From: Eledone cirrhosa
Taxonomy: Eukaryota
DNA: 64,000 nucleotides
NCBI GenBank assembly: GCA_964016885.1
Contig: OZ024743.1
Coordinates: forward strand, 172,236,001-172,300,000
Direction: 5' to 3'
Position numbers and translations under genes: made by a program. How positions within the stretch are numbered: the stretch's first letter is position 1; each line of letters opens with the position of its first letter. This document shows positions 51,360 to 64,000 of the stretch, piece after piece. The notes under the pieces were generated by a model, which had not been told where the DNA came from, did no database searches, and saw only the letters and a list, made by a program, of their open reading frames with translations.

Positions 51360-51550
51360 GCGGTGGTGGATTGGCAGTATCGGTAGAGAGTCGGACGCCA
51401 TGCTTTCCAGCATAGTTACGTACCTTTACGGTCTGAGTTCAAATCCCGCCGAGGTTTACTTTGCCTTTCATCCTTACAGGGTCGATAAAATAAAGTACCA
51501 GTAATGCACTGGGTAATTGCTGGCCTTGTGCCTAAAGTAGAAACAATTAT
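51360..51550 (+). mobile_element. SINE
   Basis: A and B boxes plus core. Flanking repeat TTGATTTATCCAT. Confidence 0.9.
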
Positions 51551-52050
51551 TGATTTATCCATCTTACGGCATTCATCCCCGCTATATATTTTTTATTAGT
51601 ATCTGTTATTAGTTGTTATTATTGATTTATCCATCTTACGGTATTCATCCACACTATATTTATTTCTTCGCCTCTTCTCTCAAAATTACGCTATTCTCCC
51701 CCACTAAAATATACTCAGGTGTCTCTCTTTCTTTCTTTCCTTCATTTTTTTCTCTTTCTTTTCTTTTTTCCCTAATTCCAACGGCTTAATTTAAATATAC
51801 TGTTTTAAACCTTTCCAACACTAATTTGCATAATAAACCAACAATAAATCTAATAACTCCACTATCCAACCAGAATGGTTGCATTTTTTAAGGGTATGTC
51901 AATATTTATTTATAAAACTAACCTATATTATATTTTACCTATATTATATTTTATCTTATGAAAGCGCACCATAGTTTGCTCTGGTGGCCCTTGAAATATG
52001 TATAATGAAATAAATATGGTTTTATAAATATAGTATCCATTTGTTAATAT

Positions 52051-52090
<40 letters not shown>

Positions 52091-52124
52091 TGTTTTGCGA
52101 GGTCTTTGATATTCGAAACAAATA

Positions 52125-53480
52125 TTATTATACTTGGGGAGGGTCGTATTGTTGTAATAATATTGCCAGAAATAATAACAGAACACACTCACTGTTTGGT
52201 TGTTGTTGTTTTTCGCTTCTGTATCTTTTATATCTCCATAGTTAAATCATTCGGCAATCAATGTCTATCATTGATTGACCAACGGTCAAAAATACCGATA
52301 GAAATACATATATATAGTCTAACAAAGTTCTTTCGTTGCACATCTGCAACATCATCAGTGGTACTATTATGTTTCCTCCTGTTGTATTGTATATCTACGC
52401 CATTTTTATTTTATCTGTTTATTTATTTATTTATTTTTGTCTTCTTCTCTGCGCATGCGTTTGCGTGTGTGTATAGTGTTTGGTGTTTGTGTTCGCGTTT
52501 GGGTGACTGTGTTTTGGTTATTGTATTCTATCTTAGTTTATTAGTGTGTTGATATGTTTGTTGTTATTGTGCTTGTGTATATATTTATTTATTTATTTAT
52601 TTATTTATATTTCTCTTAAGTCAGTATTGTTTGTTTGGGTGCTGTTGTTATTCTATTCATTTTTTTCTGTTTAGCTTTGGCTTTCTTAGTTCTATTTCGC
52701 TTGCCTCTCTGATTTGCCTATCTGCTAGGTCATTTCTTTGTTTAGATATTATTTTAATTTTTATGTTGTCTATGTCACTGTCCTGTTGTTGTCTGGCGTG
52801 TTCGTATAGTATCGAACCGTTTTTTTGTCCTTTTCATCTCCCTCAGTGTTGATCTATTCTTTCTCCTATGCTTCGAACTGTCTCGCCTATTTATGTTGTT
52901 GTCATGTTTCTGCAAGTACCCTCTGTACATCTTATGCTATAGACCTCATTTCTAGTTTTACAGTTTATCTGGGGGGTTTACTTTACATATAACACATTTC
53001 TTATTAGTATAGTGGGTTTTCTTAAAAGGGTATGTTTTGCTGATCAGGGATTTTATTGTAGTTCCTGGTTTTCTACCACTTTAAAAATTAAGTGGGTCTT
53101 TCTCAGGGCCTTTCTACATTGGTTAGCTAATTTCCTCCCAGGGGTAGCGTCCACGAACATGACACTCTGGTATCTCTGGTTGTCGTACCATGAAGTGGCT
53201 TTCCCTATCTCATGTTTAGTCCTATCTAAGCTATTCCATGATTTGCTCCTGTATAATGGGCAAATTCCTTTCATGTCTATTTCTATGAGGGTCTTATTTA
53301 TTTATTTATATTTCTCTTAAGTCAGTATCTCCGTCAGGGTCTCCGTGGCTCCTATGTATACTCTGATTTTGTCTCTTTGGTTGTAGCCAGAGAACTGCAT
53401 GCGATTGATGAAGTGTTGGATGTGTATTTCCATTTCTGTTGGGTCGCACATGCGGGACACGTTCTTCAACATTTCATGAC
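52125..53480 (-). pseudogene. Penelope-like element 3' part (RT C-terminus, GIY-YIG, pLTR)
   Basis: FINRMQFSGY, SVMFVDATPG and VYSIRC..IGETVRSIGE. Hammerhead core at 52320-52364. Same family as 38668-39450. Confidence 0.8.
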
Positions 53481-53489
53481 AACAATACG

Positions 53490-54945
53490 AATATATGCTG
53501 TACGTTTGCCCAGAAATAAAGACTAACACACAAACATTTTATTCTCAGAGACAGAAAAATCCTTATCAGACGAAGAACAAAGATCTCAAACCTATTAAAT
53601 GCACAATCGAAGAACAGGAGGGAACCCTATTTGAAACAGGCACTGGTTGAAATTTAAACTGCACTCAAACTTTCCTATGAAAATGAGAGGGTAGAGAGAG
53701 GAGCCAGGGTCAAAGAAAATACTAAAACAAGCCCTAACGCCTTCTTTAAATTTGCAAAATAAACTGCGTCGGTACACTGCAAGATAGGGCTACGTTTCCA
53801 TAAAAATGACTCATTGTACGAAGATTCCCTAGGGATAAGTGAGATACTGAATGAACTGTACAAAAGTGTTTCACACCCCCAATGAGGCATATGATAATAA
53901 CTAAACCAGAGGAATTATTTGACCCCACAGCGCTACACGGAGAAATGGTGACACCCAACCACATAGATATATCAGCCATAGAAAAAATGAGAGCAAAGTA
54001 AGCTGCTTGACATGATGGATTCTCAGCAATCCTCCTAAAAATCTTGCAAGCGTACCCTAGCAAGTCCACTGAAGATCCTCTTCGGAAAATCTTTGGCTAG
54101 CGATAAACTACCCAGTGAGCTAAAGAAAGGCATAATATACCCTATTTATAAAGAAGGAAGTAGAACAGAGGCTAAAATCTACAGGCCAGTCTCCCTTATC
54201 ACACATATCAGTAAGGTGATAGAACGAATCATCAGAAAGAAACTGATCACGTTCTTCGAGGAAAATGACCTCCTAACTAAGACCTAACATGGCTTTCGCC
54301 CGGGAAGAAGCTGCCTTACACAGCTTTCACAACACTACCACTAGGTACTAAAGCAGCTGTTAGACCCCTCAAATCTGGACGTGATATATATTGACTTCGC
54401 CAAGGCCTTCGACAAGGTCGACCATGGAATGATATATCACAAACTACAGAGATTCTACGTAGCTGGAAAACTAAGTGAGTGGCTGCATGACTACTTAAAA
54501 GACAGAAACATCAATTAGAAGTCAGTGCCCCTGGGACTCTCTTAGGACCATTATTGTTTTTTGGTGACTCTTTCCGACATACCATCTATAGTACATACCA
54601 CATCCCTCAGTAACTATGCTGATGACACAAAGGTAGCGCAAACAATCAAGAACCCGGCTGATGCTACTCTTTACAAGATCTGGATGCGATATAGAAATGG
54701 GCTGAGGACAATAACATGCAATTTAATGCTGGAAAATTTCAAGCCCTTCGATGTCAACCTGCAAACAAGAATAGTAGAGCAAAGCTACAGCGGGCAACGA
54801 GGGATCGAAATCCCCGTATCAAAATCGACACGAAACCTGGGTATAGACATGAACGAGGATGCATAGTTTGTTCACACACCATGAAAAAAGCGACTGTCTG
54901 CAGACGACTAGCTGACTGGATCTTGAGTACTTTCAAAACAAGTAT
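53490..54945 (+). pseudogene. CR1-like LINE RT remnant
   Basis: IYPIYKEGSR..YRPVSL..ISKVIERII, HGFRPGRSCLTQL, IDFAKAFDKVDH and YADDTK. Confidence 0.82.
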
Positions 54946-55576
54946 AACTATATATAAATATATGATGTGGGTAATAATAAATATTACCCAGTTACAAATA
55001 GGAAAATAGCTCGATGTAAAATACCAAGTATACTACAGAGTCGAAATATACTTAATAATACACCTAACAATTTTGATATCACTATGGGATCTAGTGATTC
55101 TGCACAGGTCACTGATTTAGTTGGCTTATATCTTTTAAACGAAATACATAAAACTTTACCTTATCTGAAGGGTGGAATATATCGTGATGATGCCTTATTC
55201 ATTTTACATTATAAAAAATATAATATTGAAAGAACTAGGAAAATATACATAACTTTTAACCTAAGTCTTACATTGGATAAGAACTCCCAAACTGTTAATT
55301 TCCTTGGTGTTACCCGATGCTTAGATACAAAAACCTCTACACCTGACCATAAACCTAATGAAAAACCTTTTTACGTTGATACCTATTCTAACCACCCTAG
55401 ATCTGTCTTAAATTCTATTATTAAAGGTGTGTTTAATAGAATTAGTAATTTATACTATAATGAATCTATCTTTAGCCAAATAGCTTATTATTATAATGAA
55501 GCGTTATCACGTTCAGACTATAGAAATTAAATTAAGTTTATGCCTTAAAACTCTTTACAACCTAATATTATTTCAC

Positions 55577-55750
55577 GGTGGATTGGCAGTATCGGTAGAG
55601 AGTCGGACGCCATGCTTTCAAGCATAGTTACGTCCCTTTACGGTCTGAGTTCAAATCCCGCCGAGGTTCACTTTTCCTTTCATCCTTTCGGGGTCGATAA
55701 AATAAAGTACCAGTAATGTACTGGTCTTGTGCCAAATGTAGAAACAATTA
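55577..55750 (+). mobile_element. SINE
   Basis: Consensus match with TSD ATTATTTCAC. Confidence 0.88.
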
Positions 55751-56892
55751 TTTCACATAATATGGCTATGAAAAAACCTAGAATATATACAAAAGAAGAA
55801 AGTTAATAATAATACGATTAAAGGAAACAGTAGATTAAATAATGACAGGCACCCTTCTACAACTCCTCCTAGCACTAATGGCCATTTTCTCTATAACAAA
55901 AAACATCTTAATGATGAGAAAAATATTTTGAATAAAAAGCATAATAATAACATTAAACCTAGAATTCATAATACTAAACATAAAACTGAAGGTAATAATC
56001 AAAATAGTTTTAATCCTACTCACTTTAAGGATACACTTATCAGTAACAAAAATAAAAATAATAGAAGAAGGCTTAATTCATATTTTAATCCACCTTTCAA
56101 CTTAAACCTAGAGTAATTTTCTCTATTATTGAAAAGGATTTCCCACTTAATCACAAATACTATTATTTAATTAATAAAAACACCATTAAAATCTCTTATT
56201 CAACCATGCCTAACATTGCTAATCCCATAGCGCGTAGTAATAATAGGAAAATTAATAAATATTTTACTACTTGTAACTTAAATAACAATTCACAACCAAT
56301 ATTGTACCTAATAATACTAGTAACCACTCTCCTAATACATTCATATCTACGACTTATAGGAATATTAATAGCAATTGCAACACTCATATATCTAATTATA
56401 ATAGCTCTTCACATCTTTATCCACATAACCATAACTGTAATTGTAGACTTAATAATGTATGCCCTCTTAATAGAAATTGTCTCGTTAATAATATTGTTTA
56501 TTCCTGTACTGTCACCACTTCCATCAGCTCCAAAACCTCTATTGGTTCTACTTCGAATAATTTTAAGACCATTTATAATTCCCATATTCATACTTTCAAA
56601 AACTCTAAGCTTAAGCATGCGACTTCATTATCAAGTTTTATATCATTTTTGAATAATAATAGTAATACACCTTACACCCTGACCTGGAAGGCGATTGCTA
56701 AACCTTCTTCTTATAAACCTCCAAATAGAATCATTATTTACTCCAAATTAATTTTATTAAATAGGAAATCTGAAATTCTTTCTACTTGTCCTCATATTAA
56801 TCTCTGTTCTTTTCACTATTTTAGACCTAGTAACTGATTTATATCAATGTAGATGTATACCTTATTTTTTAGTACCATTATTATCAATGTAC

Positions 56893-57080
56893 AGTGGATT
56901 GGCAGTATCAGTAGAGGATTGGACGCTATGCTTTGACGCACAGAGTTAAGGCCCTTGCCATTCTGAGTTCGAATCCCGCCGAGATTAACTTTGCGTTTCA
57001 TCCCTACGAGGTCGATAAAATAAAGTACCAGTAATGCACTGGGTGTGTGCTGGCCTTGTGCCAAAAAGTAGAAACAATTA
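56893..57080 (+). mobile_element. SINE inside the inverted-repeat arm (mirror copy at 58575-58762, minus)
   Basis: Consensus match with TSD ATTATTATCAATGTA. Confidence 0.9.
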
Positions 57081-57159
57081 TTATCAATGTATAATAATGA
57101 TTTAATTGTATTTTAAGCCTAAAAGTTTATGTTTAACTATTATATAGTGTCTACCATTG

Positions 57160-57994
57160 AAATAAAAAAACTGCAATAGAAATAAAAAAAGTTGTTCTGT
57201 AAAATAAATTTTAATCCCTCGGTGATGAAGCTTTTTTCTATTCTGTCAGGTATCTCATTAGGATATTTCTCTAGCCAGAATCATATTGCTTCTAGTCTGT
57301 ATTGGTGTGGGATCGTTGTGTAAAGATTCACTACATCGAAAGACACAATAATAGTGTCGTTGTTGACATGTTTGAGGAGGTGGTTTAAGAGGTCCAGATC
57401 GTCTCTTACAAGGCTTGGTATGTGTTTGAGAATTGGTTTTAGTAGTATGTCTATAAAGTTGCTTAGTCTGTGTGTTTCACATTGTGGGCCCGCTACAATT
57501 GGTCTTAATTTAAGGTCTGGGGGGCATTGTGTGTTCACGCAGGTTGAGGTGGATTGTTTACAGGCATCGTTAATTATTTTACACTTGTGGAACTTCGGAA
57601 GTCCGTAAAGGTTGCTGGTTTTGTATTCAAAATATTTCAAATAATCGCGTTCCTTTTTAGTTATGTCTTCCTGGTATCGACAAATGAATGTGTTTAATCT
57701 GGTAATGGTTTTTGATTGCTGGTAGTTTTTTACTCCTTCATAGTAGTTAGTATTTTGTAAGAGAGAGAATATAGAATTTTTATATTGTTCAGCATCCATA
57801 ATAACGACAGTACTTCCCTTGTCCGCTTCCTTAATTATAATGTCCGTATTGTTTTTTAGTTCATGGATAATCTCCCACCATACCCTTCGACTCGTATTGA
57901 GTTTGGGTTTAGGTTTAGCAGCTACAACCCAACAAATGGTAGAAACAGAGTTCTGTACAAATTTTGTGACCACATAGCAACTTTCCCATACCAT
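57160..57994 (-). pseudogene. Neptune-like Penelope RT, N-terminal half (inverted)
   Basis: IIIKEADKGS.VVIMD, LYGLPKFHK, LRPIVAGP and SFDVVNLYTTIP, continuing to ILQNNFFYF..NG. Confidence 0.88.
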
Positions 57995-58839
57995 GAACTA
58001 CCTAAACCCAAACCCAACACGCGTAGAAGGGAATGGGAGATTATCCAAAAAACAATACGGACATATATTAGAGATATATTTAGTAAGGAAAAATAGAACA
58101 ATTTAGTATGTAAAGATTATGGGGATCGAATTAAAAGGTTTTTCAGGGCTAATGATTGCAAAACTAAAGAACTTTAAAAGAATAATAAATTTACAAATTA
58201 CAGGGAAATTAATCATTTATGTATACTAAAAATAGCTATGCATTAATAAAAAAAATTAAAAAAATTATGTGTACTTAAAATGTTAAACAATATTAAAGGA
58301 TAAATAATTATATAAGTTAATTATACTAGTATTGAATAGTTAATATTAAATAAAAATAGAGGGTGAGGCAATGGTTGTTATATATATTATTAGCATAAAT
58401 AAATAACTAAGGCTTGTGAGAAAAGGTGTGGAAACAATGTATTATTAAGTTGCTTAAATGTGATGAGGTGGTTATAATAAATTGTAGTGGCAATAGAATG
58501 GTAGACACTATATAATAGTTAAACATAAACTTTTAGGCTTAAAATACAATTAAATAATTATTATACATTGATAATAATTGTTTCTACTTTTTGGCACAAG
58601 GCCAGCACATACCCAGTGCATTACTGGTACTTTATTTTATCGACCCCGTAAGGATGAAACGCAAAGTTAATCTCGGCGGGATTCGAACTCAGAATAGCAA
58701 GGGCCGTCACTCTGTGCGTCAAAGCATAGCGTCCAATCCTCTACTGATACTGCCAATCCACTGTACATTGATAATAATGGTACTAAAAAAAGGTATAAAT
58801 CTACATTGATATAAATCAGTTACTAGGTCTAAAATAGTG

Positions 58840-60040
58840 AAAAGAGCAGAGATTAATATGGGTACAAAAGCCGCTCCAACTTATACCAACTTAGTCATGG
58901 CATACTTGGAAGTCCAGATATATGAACAGTTCAAATCAAAATACGGATTGACTTTCCACAAATATATATTAGAGAATTGGAAACGCTACTTGGATGATTG
59001 TCTCATTCTTTGGTCTCACACACTCGACCAACTAAATGATTTCAAAAATGTTATTAACGGCATCAATAACCACATCTAATTCACAATGGAATACAGCCAA
59101 GATCAACTCCCATTTCTGGACATCTTAATCTTTAAAAAAGACACAAATATTGAAACTGACATACACTACAAACCAACAGATTCCAAACAATACCTGCTAT
59201 TCACCTCCAACCATCCAAAGAACACGAAGACGAACATCCCTTTTAACCTAGCAAGAAGAATTTGCACAATTGTCTCCAATTATGAAACGCGAAATAAAAG
59301 ACTTCAAGAATTAAAGGAAATTCTACCCGAAAGACAGTACCTACCATTACTAATAAATAATGGAATAGAAAGGGCTAAAGCAATAGGCATTGATGAATTA
59401 CGAAAACAAACAAATTCAAGGTACGTCCAATATTCTATCATATATCTCAACACACAACCCAAGAAATACGGAAGCTTACAACGCTATTCACAAGAACATC
59501 CCACTATTGAAGCAAGACCCAAGAATGAAAAAAGCCCTTGAAACACACAAAATAATCAAAAGCAAAAGACAACCGAAATCACTAAAAACATTACTCACCA
59601 ATGCCAAATTACCTACCACAAATCCACAACCAACTGTCAAAAAATGTGGTCGCTCTAATTGTGGAACCTGCACTCACCTCATTGAAGGCAACACGTATAC
59701 ATTTCAATCAGGACAACATTTTGCTCTAAAAAATCACTTCACTTGCTCATCAAAAAATCTACTTTATGCCATTAAATGTAAAGGATTCAATGGAGATTAT
59801 ATAGGACAAACTAAACTCATACTCAGAAACAGAATGACAGTTCATCGCCAACAATTACGAGATCTAACCACGAGACAGATATCACTAAGTGCCCATCTAG
59901 ACATATGCGCAAGTAATAAGACACCCAAATTCGAAGTCTTCCCATTTTATCTTTGCGCTGACAATATAACAGAACAAATACGAATAAATAAGGAAAATAT
60001 GTTTATTCAAAAATATAGACCTGCATTAAATATAGTTTAA
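58840..60040 (+). pseudogene. Neptune-like Penelope RT C-terminal half and GIY-YIG
   Basis: MGTKAAPTYTNL, KRYLDD, LPFLD, YKPTD..YL..SNHP, CGRSNCGTC and LLYAIKC..YIGQT..RMTVH..PALN. Confidence 0.9.
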
Positions 60041-60311
60041 TATACATTATGTCAACACCATAGCATGCTAACCATCCAAACAGACACATACATACACACA
60101 CATAACACCTTCTACTTTAGAAAATAAAAACCAGAACTAAATAAACCTTAAGATACGTTAATACTCTAATACATGCTAACCACACACCCCCACACAGACA
60201 TAACTGCCGCCCCCTCCCCCTCTGAATTCTGACACCCAAGCACCAGCCATATTCACTGAACCAGAACAATTCTCCCCATCCCTTTTTCTTGACCATTATC
60301 TTTTGTTTGGC

Positions 60312-60498
60312 AGGTGGATTGGCAGTATCGGTAGAGGGTCGGACGCCATGCTTTGACGTATAGAGTTACGGCCCTTGCCATTCTGAGTTCAAATCCTGCC
60401 GAGGTTAACTTTTCCTTTCATCCTTACGGGGTCGATAAAATAAAGTACCAGTAATATACTGGGTGATTGCTGGCCTTGTGCCAAAAGTAGAAACAATT
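60312..60498 (+). mobile_element. SINE
   Basis: Consensus match with 18-bp TSD ATTATCTTTTGTTTGGCA at 60295 and 60496. Confidence 0.92.
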
Positions 60499-62179
60499 AT
60501 CTTTTGTTTGGCACAAAATTCTCTAAATGGCTATAAAAAATTTTCTAAAATACGGGCGCGAAATTTAATGTGCTTGTTCACGTGACAGTCATAATTTCAT
60601 TTATAACCAATGAAATTACATTTATAAAAAAAAAAAGCCTTCGCGAGCCATTTTTTTAAAGTAAAATGAAATTTAAACACAAACTGTGCTTATTCACGTG
60701 ATTGCATCAACCAACCAAACTTCACTGATATATGAAAAAACAATCTGAGCCCCCCCCCCCCCCCCCCCCACATCCTCTACCCTTTGTTTGAAGAAAAATA
60801 TAATAAGAACTTTGTAACGCGAAATTTATTATACTTATTCACCAACCAACCAAATTACTTCTCTAAAAACCTGGCATTTCGAGCCACTTTTTTCCATATA
60901 AAACAGAAGTAACATTCAAAGACCAACCAGATATGAGAAAAACCACAAACCCTCCATCTCAATTCTACTTTTGAAAAGCAGAAGAACTGCGAAACCGGTA
61001 AAGGAACCAAATAAATATATATTTAAAAAAAAAGACTCCAGTTGCATTTTCGATTTCATCTTTTTTCCTTTTATATATATATATATAAGTTGTTAAACAA
61101 TATTCGATGATTATGTCAAAGAATGAGTTTTACAGTAGATTGGAAGCACTCAACGGGAAAAATAATTTTCAGGAGTTATTAATATTAAAATATAAGTATT
61201 AATAAAATAGATGTTCTTTTGATCAATTACATTTTATTATACATATTTCGGATGTACAACAGTACGTCCTCATCAGACAAAATATAATGATACATAACAT
61301 ACACTGAGATGTTATATGGTTAAGATTTACTCAAGGTAGTGATTAACCTAAGAGAAGATTTTATTTATATGCCGACTATGAGAGAATGCGAAAACGTAAT
61401 AAATTCATTAGAGAATGTGTGAGTAAGAAAAAACGTTTTAAAGTGTATGCTACTACGATATATCTAGGAAAGCGTCTCATGAATCATAACAGCCAGTGAT
61501 AGCCACTGAAAAAGGATTTATAAAGAGGGAAAAATAAAGTGTAGGGGGGGGGGAATATGTAGAAGGAGGTTTTTTCGAAAGTTAAACGGTTAAATTTGAA
61601 AGTATTTTATTCATAATATTATAGTGAAAACTCCAGATTTAAGGATTATTTGCTGGTTATTTATATATTATTTGTATAAATTCGATAAGTGTGTTATCAT
61701 TTCTAAACTTCTGAATTTTAAGAGTAACATTTAAAGGATTTAGCGGGCACATAAAGGATGAAATAATATACTGTTGATTATTTACCTAAATTCAAACTTT
61801 AACAAATATACCAACATATTAGGTATGTAAAGCTTTTGAGGTACTTATTTAAATAACTATTATGTATATAGGTATATATTAATGATCCAGTATGTTTGAG
61901 GTAAATAATAACGACGAATATAAAAATAAAATAAGATAATATATTGAAGGATGTTAAGGATAAATATATACCTATGTATAACTGGGTGTAAATGCACTAA
62001 TTATTCTTCAACCAAGATATCAACATATTATTAGAGATATGGATATATATATATATAGATATATATTAGGTATTATTTGTGTAGTATACTTTAGGTAAAT
62101 GATAACAGTTACAATTTTATCAACGTATCACATTCAAAATACATATATATATATAAGAAAAACAATGAGTGCATGGATG

Positions 62180-62625
62180 ATACAGAGTTCAAAATAATGT
62201 CTATAATAATTTTTAGTTTGGATATAATTTTTATATTTGAATCATATATGTAGAAATGTGGTAGGTATATTTAAAAATATTTAAAAATATATAAAATATA
62301 ATATATAACTACATATATACTGTATGGATAATTTAGAGTTCAAAATAATGTCTATAATAATTTTTTATTTGGATATTTTCTCTATATTTGAATCATATAT
62401 ATATAAATGTGGTAGGTATATTTAAAAATATTTAAAATATACAAAATATAATATATAACTACATACATATTATAATTATAATTATATTATAAGTAAATAA
62501 GAGATATTATATTATAAGTAAATATATATAGAAATGTGGTAGGTATATTTAAAAATATTTAAAATATACTACATATAATATATAACTACATACATATTAT
62601 AATTATAATTATATTATAAATAAAT
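62180..62625. repeat. AT-rich tandem duplications (~130-150-bp units)
   Basis: AGAGTTCAAAATAATGTCTATAATAA occurs at ~62184 and 62335. AAATGTGGTAGGTATATTTAAAAAT occurs three times. Confidence 0.8.
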
Positions 62626-63431
62626 AAATAAGAAATCGAAAGCGCAGCGAAAAAAAAACGAAAAAACCACATTTATATATGTTTGAATTCGTCTCAAATT
62701 TTAGATTTCATAGTGTAGTAAATATATTTACAAGAAATATATTATATATTATACTATAAATAATAGATCAAAAACTCGCTAAAAATTTAGAGTTATAGAT
62801 AAGTTTCATAAAAATTTATGGATTGGGTATTAAACTAAAATTTAAAAGAGATCACAAATGTATTAAAAATTCGCAGTTAAATAAATTCCATAAATATGTA
62901 AGGATTAGGTATTATACTAAATTATAAGCATATATAGAAAGGTAGAAATAAGGAGATAAAGAAATGACGGTATTGATCAAAGTTAACAAATAATGTTGTG
63001 TGTATCAAAATTTAGGCTTGCTATTTGAAATATTGTCATTCATTCTAGCGTTGTGTCTTCTAAAGATAGTTATAAAATAAAGCAATATTAGAGGCCGTTA
63101 ATGTTTTTTCTGTTGATTATATATTCCTGGTAAACGAGTTGTTATTGGTTTGGTGCAATTGTTTATTTCTTTCTCATTTTATGTGAGGCTAAAAAAGTGG
63201 ACGTAGCTTTATGGAGGCAACTAGAGAACAATTCACTTTTTTGTTAATTATTAATAATCAACAGGGTCTCCATTGTACAGAGCGGGCAGTTATTTGATAT
63301 ACTAGAGTTGCGTAAATTCCACAGTTCCGAAGTTTTGTCCAAAGAATGGAGTATTCTAAATTCTTCTCTTTTAAAGCTGTGATAAAGACGTAGATGATTT
63401 CGAGAATGAACATTTATGGTTCGCGAAACGA

Positions 63432-63480
63432 GTTTTCTGATGAGGACGTACTGTTGTACATCCGAAATATGTATAATAAA
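63432..63480 (+). ncRNA. Minimal hammerhead-like motif (mirror copy at 61236-61282, minus)
   Basis: CTGATGA-GGACGTAC(TGTT)GTACATCC-GAAA-TATG-TA. Confidence 0.6.
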
Positions 63481-63520
63481 ATGAAATTGATCAAAAGAAC
63501 ATCTATTTTATTAATACTTA

Positions 63521-63592
<72 letters not shown>

Positions 63593-63760
63593 TAACAGAT
63601 TAAAGTTTAAGCAAAGAATCGCTGCTTTCAACCTTAACGGGATCTTCTGAAACTAAAAAAGTCAATCTGTGAACGCAGAAGTAAATATTTCAAAAAACCT
63701 TGCAACCGAAGGAAGACAGAAAGACGATACTTTGGTTCGTGGAAACGTTCCCTGGCAAAG

Positions 63761-64000
63761 AACGGAAAAAAACGAAGATAATACGTCATTATTTGGTGCA
63801 GTGAAAACAATTACACGCGAGGACAAAACCACGCTTATGGTATAAATGAAGTCGTAGACTAATATTCTATTAGGTGGTTCATGGAGACGTTCTCTTGCAA
63901 TGAACGGAAAAAACGAAGATAATACGTCATTATGTGGAGCAATGAGAACAATTACACGCAAAGACAAAACCACGTAAATGGTATAACTGAAGTCGTAGAC
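63761..64000. repeat. ~142-bp tandem repeat running off the window end
   Basis: AACGGAAAAAAACGAAGATAATACGTCATTAT..GAAGTCGTAGAC occurs at 63761 and 63903. Confidence 0.8.

Larger units (their letters stand above)
47945..52051 (-). mobile_element. 5'-truncated Penelope-like (Nematis-like) element with ~1-kb inverted pLTR arms
   Basis: ORF 50252-50956 (NILWFAPPF, IVYNC..YVGST..FKARFNNH, CALCIEE). Arms 47945-49021 and 51077-52051 are inverted. Hammerhead core at 47990-48046. Confidence 0.82.
55050..57160 (+). pseudogene. Penelope-like (Nematis-like) element 3' two-thirds with pLTR, degenerate
   Basis: FDITMGSSDSAQVTDLVGLY, GIYRDDAL, SNHP, YFNPPF and LLNRKSEILSTCPH. SINEs inserted at 55577-55750 and 56893-57080. 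Confidence 0.85.
61090..63525 (-). mobile_element. Heavily truncated Penelope-like element: GIY-YIG tail (~63410-63200), long AT-rich 3' region and inverted hammerhead-bearing pLTR piece
   Basis: Minus-strand YSILW..CPLCTME..KSELFSSCLHK. Segment 61188-61276 is inverted at 63437-63525. (TA)n on both sides. Confidence 0.65.

Noticed and set aside
57898-57920. Telomere-like TTTGGGTTTAGGTTTAG
   Set aside because: It is too short, encodes KPKPK of the Penelope ORF on the minus strand, and is part of a small local inverted duplication (57999-58047).

Overview
Gene-free, repeat-saturated eukaryotic DNA, most likely from an octopod cephalopod judging by its tRNA-derived Meta-domain-type SINE. I found no host gene, rRNA, genuine tRNA gene or CRISPR array. 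The window has two sharply different halves. Positions ~1-38,050 hold a nested, head-to-tail cluster of at least four families of R4/Dong-clade non-LTR retrotransposons (RT + CCHC + restriction-like endonuclease) inserted into (TAA)n tracts. These include one uninterrupted 1130-aa ORF and are interleaved with L1/Tx1-like and gypsy fragments. Positions ~38,300-64,000 are AT-rich and (TA)n-studded. They are dominated by Penelope-like elements (RT + C-terminal GIY-YIG) with direct or inverted pseudo-LTRs, about ten hammerhead-ribozyme-like motifs, several large palindromes and a CR1-like fragment. The most notable observations are: a ~580-bp 5' leader shared by two protein-divergent R4 families; a covarying 3' stem-loop and pre-AUG structured RNAs in those elements; a complete type-I hammerhead candidate; a hairpin-ended 1.9-kb palindromic element; and a 1.3-kb inversion between inverted repeats that splits a Neptune-like RT. 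All calls come from reading the sequence by eye, and boundaries are approximate.
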